23,389 bases of DNA from a bacterium (GTDB lineage: Bacteria; SAR324; XYD2-FULL-50-16): NCBI GenBank assembly GCA_032250835.1, contig JAVVEA010000026.1, forward strand, positions 1 to 23,389, given 5' to 3'. Position numbers and translations under genes: made by a program. Numbering within the stretch: position 1 is the stretch's first letter; each line of letters opens with the position of its first letter. Below are positions 23,092-23,389 of this stretch, in pieces. Below the pieces are notes generated by a model, which was given only the letters and a program-made list of their open reading frames with translations, made no database searches and was not told the DNA's origin.

Positions 23092-23389
23092 TAAGGACCG
23101 GTAAGCTGGCAAGTTAAATGAACAGCACTCAGTAATCCGCCTTCCGAACCTCTCAACAAAAATGGGGATTGACTAGGCGGCTCGCCTCAGTCTTGTTTCT
23201 GAACTAAGGGAGGGCGCGGGGTGCGGCCCTAGAAACTTAGAAACCGACAGGTGTCTGGGAGTTGATTTAAACGCATCAGCGCTTGGAGTGAGTAGGCGCA
23301 GAGGCCGTGGCCCAAGGAAAAAACCGGTGGCTCTGCGCCCGGTCGCCTTGGTTCCAAGCGCTGCCTTGCGGTATCTACAAGGCAACGCC

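Noticed and set aside
23173-23385. 70-aa minus-strand ORF at the window end
   Set aside because: Low-complexity Arg/Ala/Pro composition, no motif; overlaps the palindromic element.

Overview
A gene-dense, GC-moderate window from a diderm (Gram-negative-type) bacterium, dominated by cell-envelope and transport genes. From left to right: the 3' end of an IS5-family transposase and its probable right end; a DODA/YgiD-type extradiol dioxygenase (-); an ~800-bp divergent intergenic region rich in palindromes; a TAXI-TRAP operon (binding protein, fused DctQM permease, universal stress protein, TSUP/TauE-type protein); a coiled-coil lipoprotein plus a coiled-coil OmpA/MotB-C peptidoglycan-binding protein; an orphan PAS-PAS hybrid histidine kinase (-); an mlaA-mlaC-MMPL(RND) lipid-trafficking operon (-); a rearranged Opp/Dpp-type ABC cluster (oppC-like, fused double ATPase, unknown lipoprotein, membrane-anchored binding protein, oppB-like); and a metallo-beta-lactamase-fold hydrolase with a TetR regulator (-) and a clear palindromic operator. 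No rRNA, tRNA or CRISPR array was seen. The strongest leads are: (i) a 12-residue acidic/Phe motif FxxF[DE]xFExEFA shared by the unrelated MlaA and MMPL proteins of one operon, a candidate docking motif for the MlaC shuttle; (ii) the atypical ABC cluster with an unknown long-helix lipoprotein; and (iii) the coiled-coil lipoprotein/OmpA pair. All calls rest on motif recognition by eye; no searches or folding programs were run.
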